From Podarcis pityusensis (lineage: Eukaryota): a stretch of 64,000 nucleotides of DNA. This document shows, in pieces, positions 60,982 to 64,000 of the stretch; position 1 is the first letter of the stretch; every line of letters starts with the position of its first letter. The DNA lies in NCBI GenBank assembly GCA_964106645.2, contig OZ067041.1, one strand, 5' to 3'. The notes under the pieces are model-generated. The model was not told the origin of the DNA and did no database searches. It saw nothing but the letters and a program-made list of their open reading frames with translations. Made by a program: the position numbers and the translations under genes.

Positions 60982-61251
60982 CAGGGATGTCCAACCAGTA
61001 GATCGTGATCTACCGGTAGATCCCCAGCTGATCCTGGGAGATCGTGGGATCCTTATTGTGTACAAAAAGTTACGGGGGGGGGGAGCTAAAAAACTCTGTG
61101 CAATCCTGCCCCCAAAAAGCTCAACAATTCTGGGCAACCCACCCACCCCACCCCATGCATGCTCCTCTTCCCTCCAATGACAATGGGTAGATCACTGCAT
61201 TTTTTTATATCAAGGAGTAGATCACAGTCTCTTGGGAATTGGACATTCCTG
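60982..61251. mobile_element. hAT MITE
   Basis: TIR CAGGGATGTCCAA / TTGGACATTCCTG; perfect 8-bp TSD GCCTAGAG. Confidence 0.9.
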
Positions 61252-62841
61252 GCCTAGAGATATCAGGGATTAAACCTGACATCTTCATGCAAAACTTGTG
61301 CACTGTATCTGAGAGCCCATCTGTGGTCTGCTAAGGGTGTTGAGAATGGTTGAGAGACCCCCTGTAACCCCCAGAAAGCTACAATTCCCAACGTTCCCTG
61401 GGAAGAGGGATGGACTGTTAAACCACTTTGGGAATGGTCACTCTCTGTGGGGAACATGTCCCTTCCTCAAGACAGCTTCACTCTTGAACTTTAAAATAAT
61501 CACTGCTTGCATCCGAAGGAACTAATCAGGGCTTTACAAAACACACCAATCAATCAATAGTTCATTTCCGCGCTTTTCTTCCTTGGCTCCTCCTCCTTCC
61601 CAACCTGACACCTTTCCCAGCATTCACGTTTATTTGGCTACGAGAGGTCCCTGCACAGAACTGGCTTTCAGAGCACACATTTACATTTGCAGTGATTTGT
61701 GTGTACATATTTGCATGTTATGGATGTGTCAATATATAGGTCCTTGGAGTCCTGAAATGGAAAATTTCTAGTGGAAATATATTACACTTGCTGTCAGAAG
61801 CACTCCTGTAAACCAGTGAGCAGAGTTATTTCCCCCAAGTTAGTACTTGTTTATGTAGTGAAATTTCATGTGGGAGCTGAGGGAAAGCTGTCGAGTACAG
61901 TAATTCCCAAACTATGAGTGGCTTGCAAGGAATATATTGAATAAATAAGAGTTCCTGTGAGGCCAAATGCCACAGCCCAGAGAAGATGGTCCATTGCTTC
62001 TCTGCATGATTCAGGGTTCTGAGCTTGCCTCTTTCAGGCTAGCCGGAGGGGTGCAATTGTGCCATGTTTGAATACCATCTTGTATTCTAATTCTGATCCA
62101 GTTCTCTGAATTAGCTTGCTAAAGTAGCCAAAATGTCAAAAAACCTGGGGAGGTATGAGTTGGCATCCATCTGTCTTGGGAGACAATGGAAGAGTGTGCC
62201 TTCAGGGGTGAAGTCAAACCACTGGAGAGTTACAGCGCCTGCTGTGGCTGTAGAGACCAATAGGGGAGAGAGGTGTGTTGTTGCAGCTGGGGCAGATGAA
62301 GGCATCTGGTTTTGCTTTTGCTGCTGCACCATAATGTTTCTTCTTTCTGCACTCCTCTCAGGCGTCATACCTCCTCTGGTCACCACTGTAGATAGACGAC
62401 CTGACTGATTGTCTTCATATAACACCAAGATTTGCAGAAATACAAAAAAATGTATTTCTGTTGAGGGTGGGCAGCGGGGAACTGAAAACCCAAAGGGAGG
62501 AGAAATGGAATGGAGTGACGGCAGGAAAAGAAGGCAAGAGGAATGGAAATGTGGATGTAAAGGGCACACGCCCAATCTCTTGTTCTCTGGCCAGCCATCA
62601 GCAACCACCAGTTCCTTACTCTTGCTCTCTGGGCAGCTAGGGGTGCCTGCTTCTGCCCTTGCTTTCTTGCCGCCTTGCTCTGCGCAGCCGTCTGCCTGAG
62701 AAGAGAGAACATTGAAGGTTCTCTTCCAAACACAACATTTTGATTTGAGGCTCAACTTCTCTATAGTCTACCCAGGTGCTGAGTGATGTTGGCTAGACAG
62801 TCATACGCTGGGGTTACTGAGAAGCAAGGGGCAAGTATATA

Positions 62842-63191
62842 GGGATCTGGGTGGTGCTGTGGGTTAAACCGCAGAGCCTAGGACTTGCCGATCAGAAGGT
62901 CGGCAGTTCAAATCCCCGCGACGGGGTGAGCTCCCGTTGCTCGGTCCCTGCTCCTGCCAACCTAGCAGTTCGAAAGCACGTCAAAGTGCAAGTAGATAAA
63001 TAGTTCCACTCCAGCGGGAAGGTAAACGGCGTTTCCATGCGCTTCTCTGGTTCGCCAGAAGTGGCTTAGTCATGCTGGCCACATGACCCGGAAGCTGTAC
63101 GCCGACTCCCTCGGCCAATAAAGCGAGATGAGCACTGCAACCCCAGAGCCGGCCACAACTGGACCTAATGGTCAGGGGTCCCTTTACCTTT
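62842..63191 (+). mobile_element. Sauria SINE
   Basis: Full head, ACCTTT tail, GGCAAGTA repeated in the flanks. Confidence 0.92.
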
Positions 63192-64000
63192 AAAAGGCAA
63201 GTACTGGCATGTTCAGCAAGTTGGGCAGAAGCGGAAAACAAAGCTTTTTTGGGGAGAGGGGATCCTAAGCAGGAGAAAACCAGAACCACAACAAAATATC
63301 CCGATGGAGTATGCTCAGTGGCTGCAGAATGCTTGTTGGGCAGATCTGGAAACCCAGGGAAAGGGGAATGTACTAGAGTTCCGCTCAACTGTATTCAGGC
63401 AGAGATGACAGGAACCTGGAACAGGAGCACTGCATACTGCAACATTTTATTGCAGGTCCCACTTGTTCATTTCTAATGAAGAGTTGGATTGCGCTCCCTC
63501 TAGAGGAGGCTACCCATTGCATTTGCACAAGTCACTCCTCTGGATTTCATCTCCTTCCAGTCAGGAGGCACACCCAGATGCTTGCATAGTGTAAAAAACA
63601 AACAAACCCAAGAGGTTCCTCTGGGATAGGTAATTTCTGTACTTTTCCATACTCTCCAAGTGTATCTTTCTAAGTGCAAGAGTGAAGCGTGACTCCACAT
63701 TCTAATTCAGAATAAACTGTGTCTTGGCTAATGGGAGCTTGAGAAATACTGTTGCAGCATTTGCCATGGCATTTTGGAAAGAACTCTCCTTCTCTTCCAT
63801 TGGTTGATTCTGCTCAGTTTGATTCTCTTGATGTCATTTGTACCACTGAGCACCCATTCATAGGGCTGATGTAGAAAATTACTGAGAGTTTTCCTCCCCC
63901 TTTTAAAGCGATTTAGTTATTAATTTTGTTAGCCTTTGGGACGCTGATTTATTTACTTAAAGCATTGCAACCCCCACTTTCCCCACCATTAAAGGCACGG

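Noticed and set aside
62111-62755. 214-aa minus-strand ORF
   Set aside because: Non-ATG start, no recognisable domain or exon structure

Overview
Vertebrate genomic DNA from a squamate reptile, most likely a lacertid lizard. This is inferred from the repeat content: Sauria SINEs, BovB, squamate CR1/L1/L2 LINEs, a tRNA-Lys SINE with a CR1 tail, and abundant CAGTGGTACC-type MITEs. I could not identify any host protein-coding exon; the only recognisable proteins are retrotransposon fragments (CR1 RT, BovB, L1, L2). About 46 kb of TE-rich sequence precedes a CpG island (~46.6-47.65 kb) that looks like the promoter and first exon(s) of an unidentified + strand gene. The rest is probably its first intron and contains a 135-N gap. 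The most interesting observations are: (1) three dissimilar solo-LTR-like elements share a coding design in U3, an acidic stretch followed by an Arg-rich SPR/RRSxRL segment, and in the two with a clear 5' end the frame opens at LTR base 2; (2) a CpG-decayed hammerhead-ribozyme relic of Penelope type; (3) a very young CR1 insertion with an intact RT frame; (4) a hAT MITE with a ~250-bp internal hairpin; (5) GATA-motif clusters that may be enhancers. I found no convincing evidence of a wholly new biological system. All family names come from motif recognition, not database searches.
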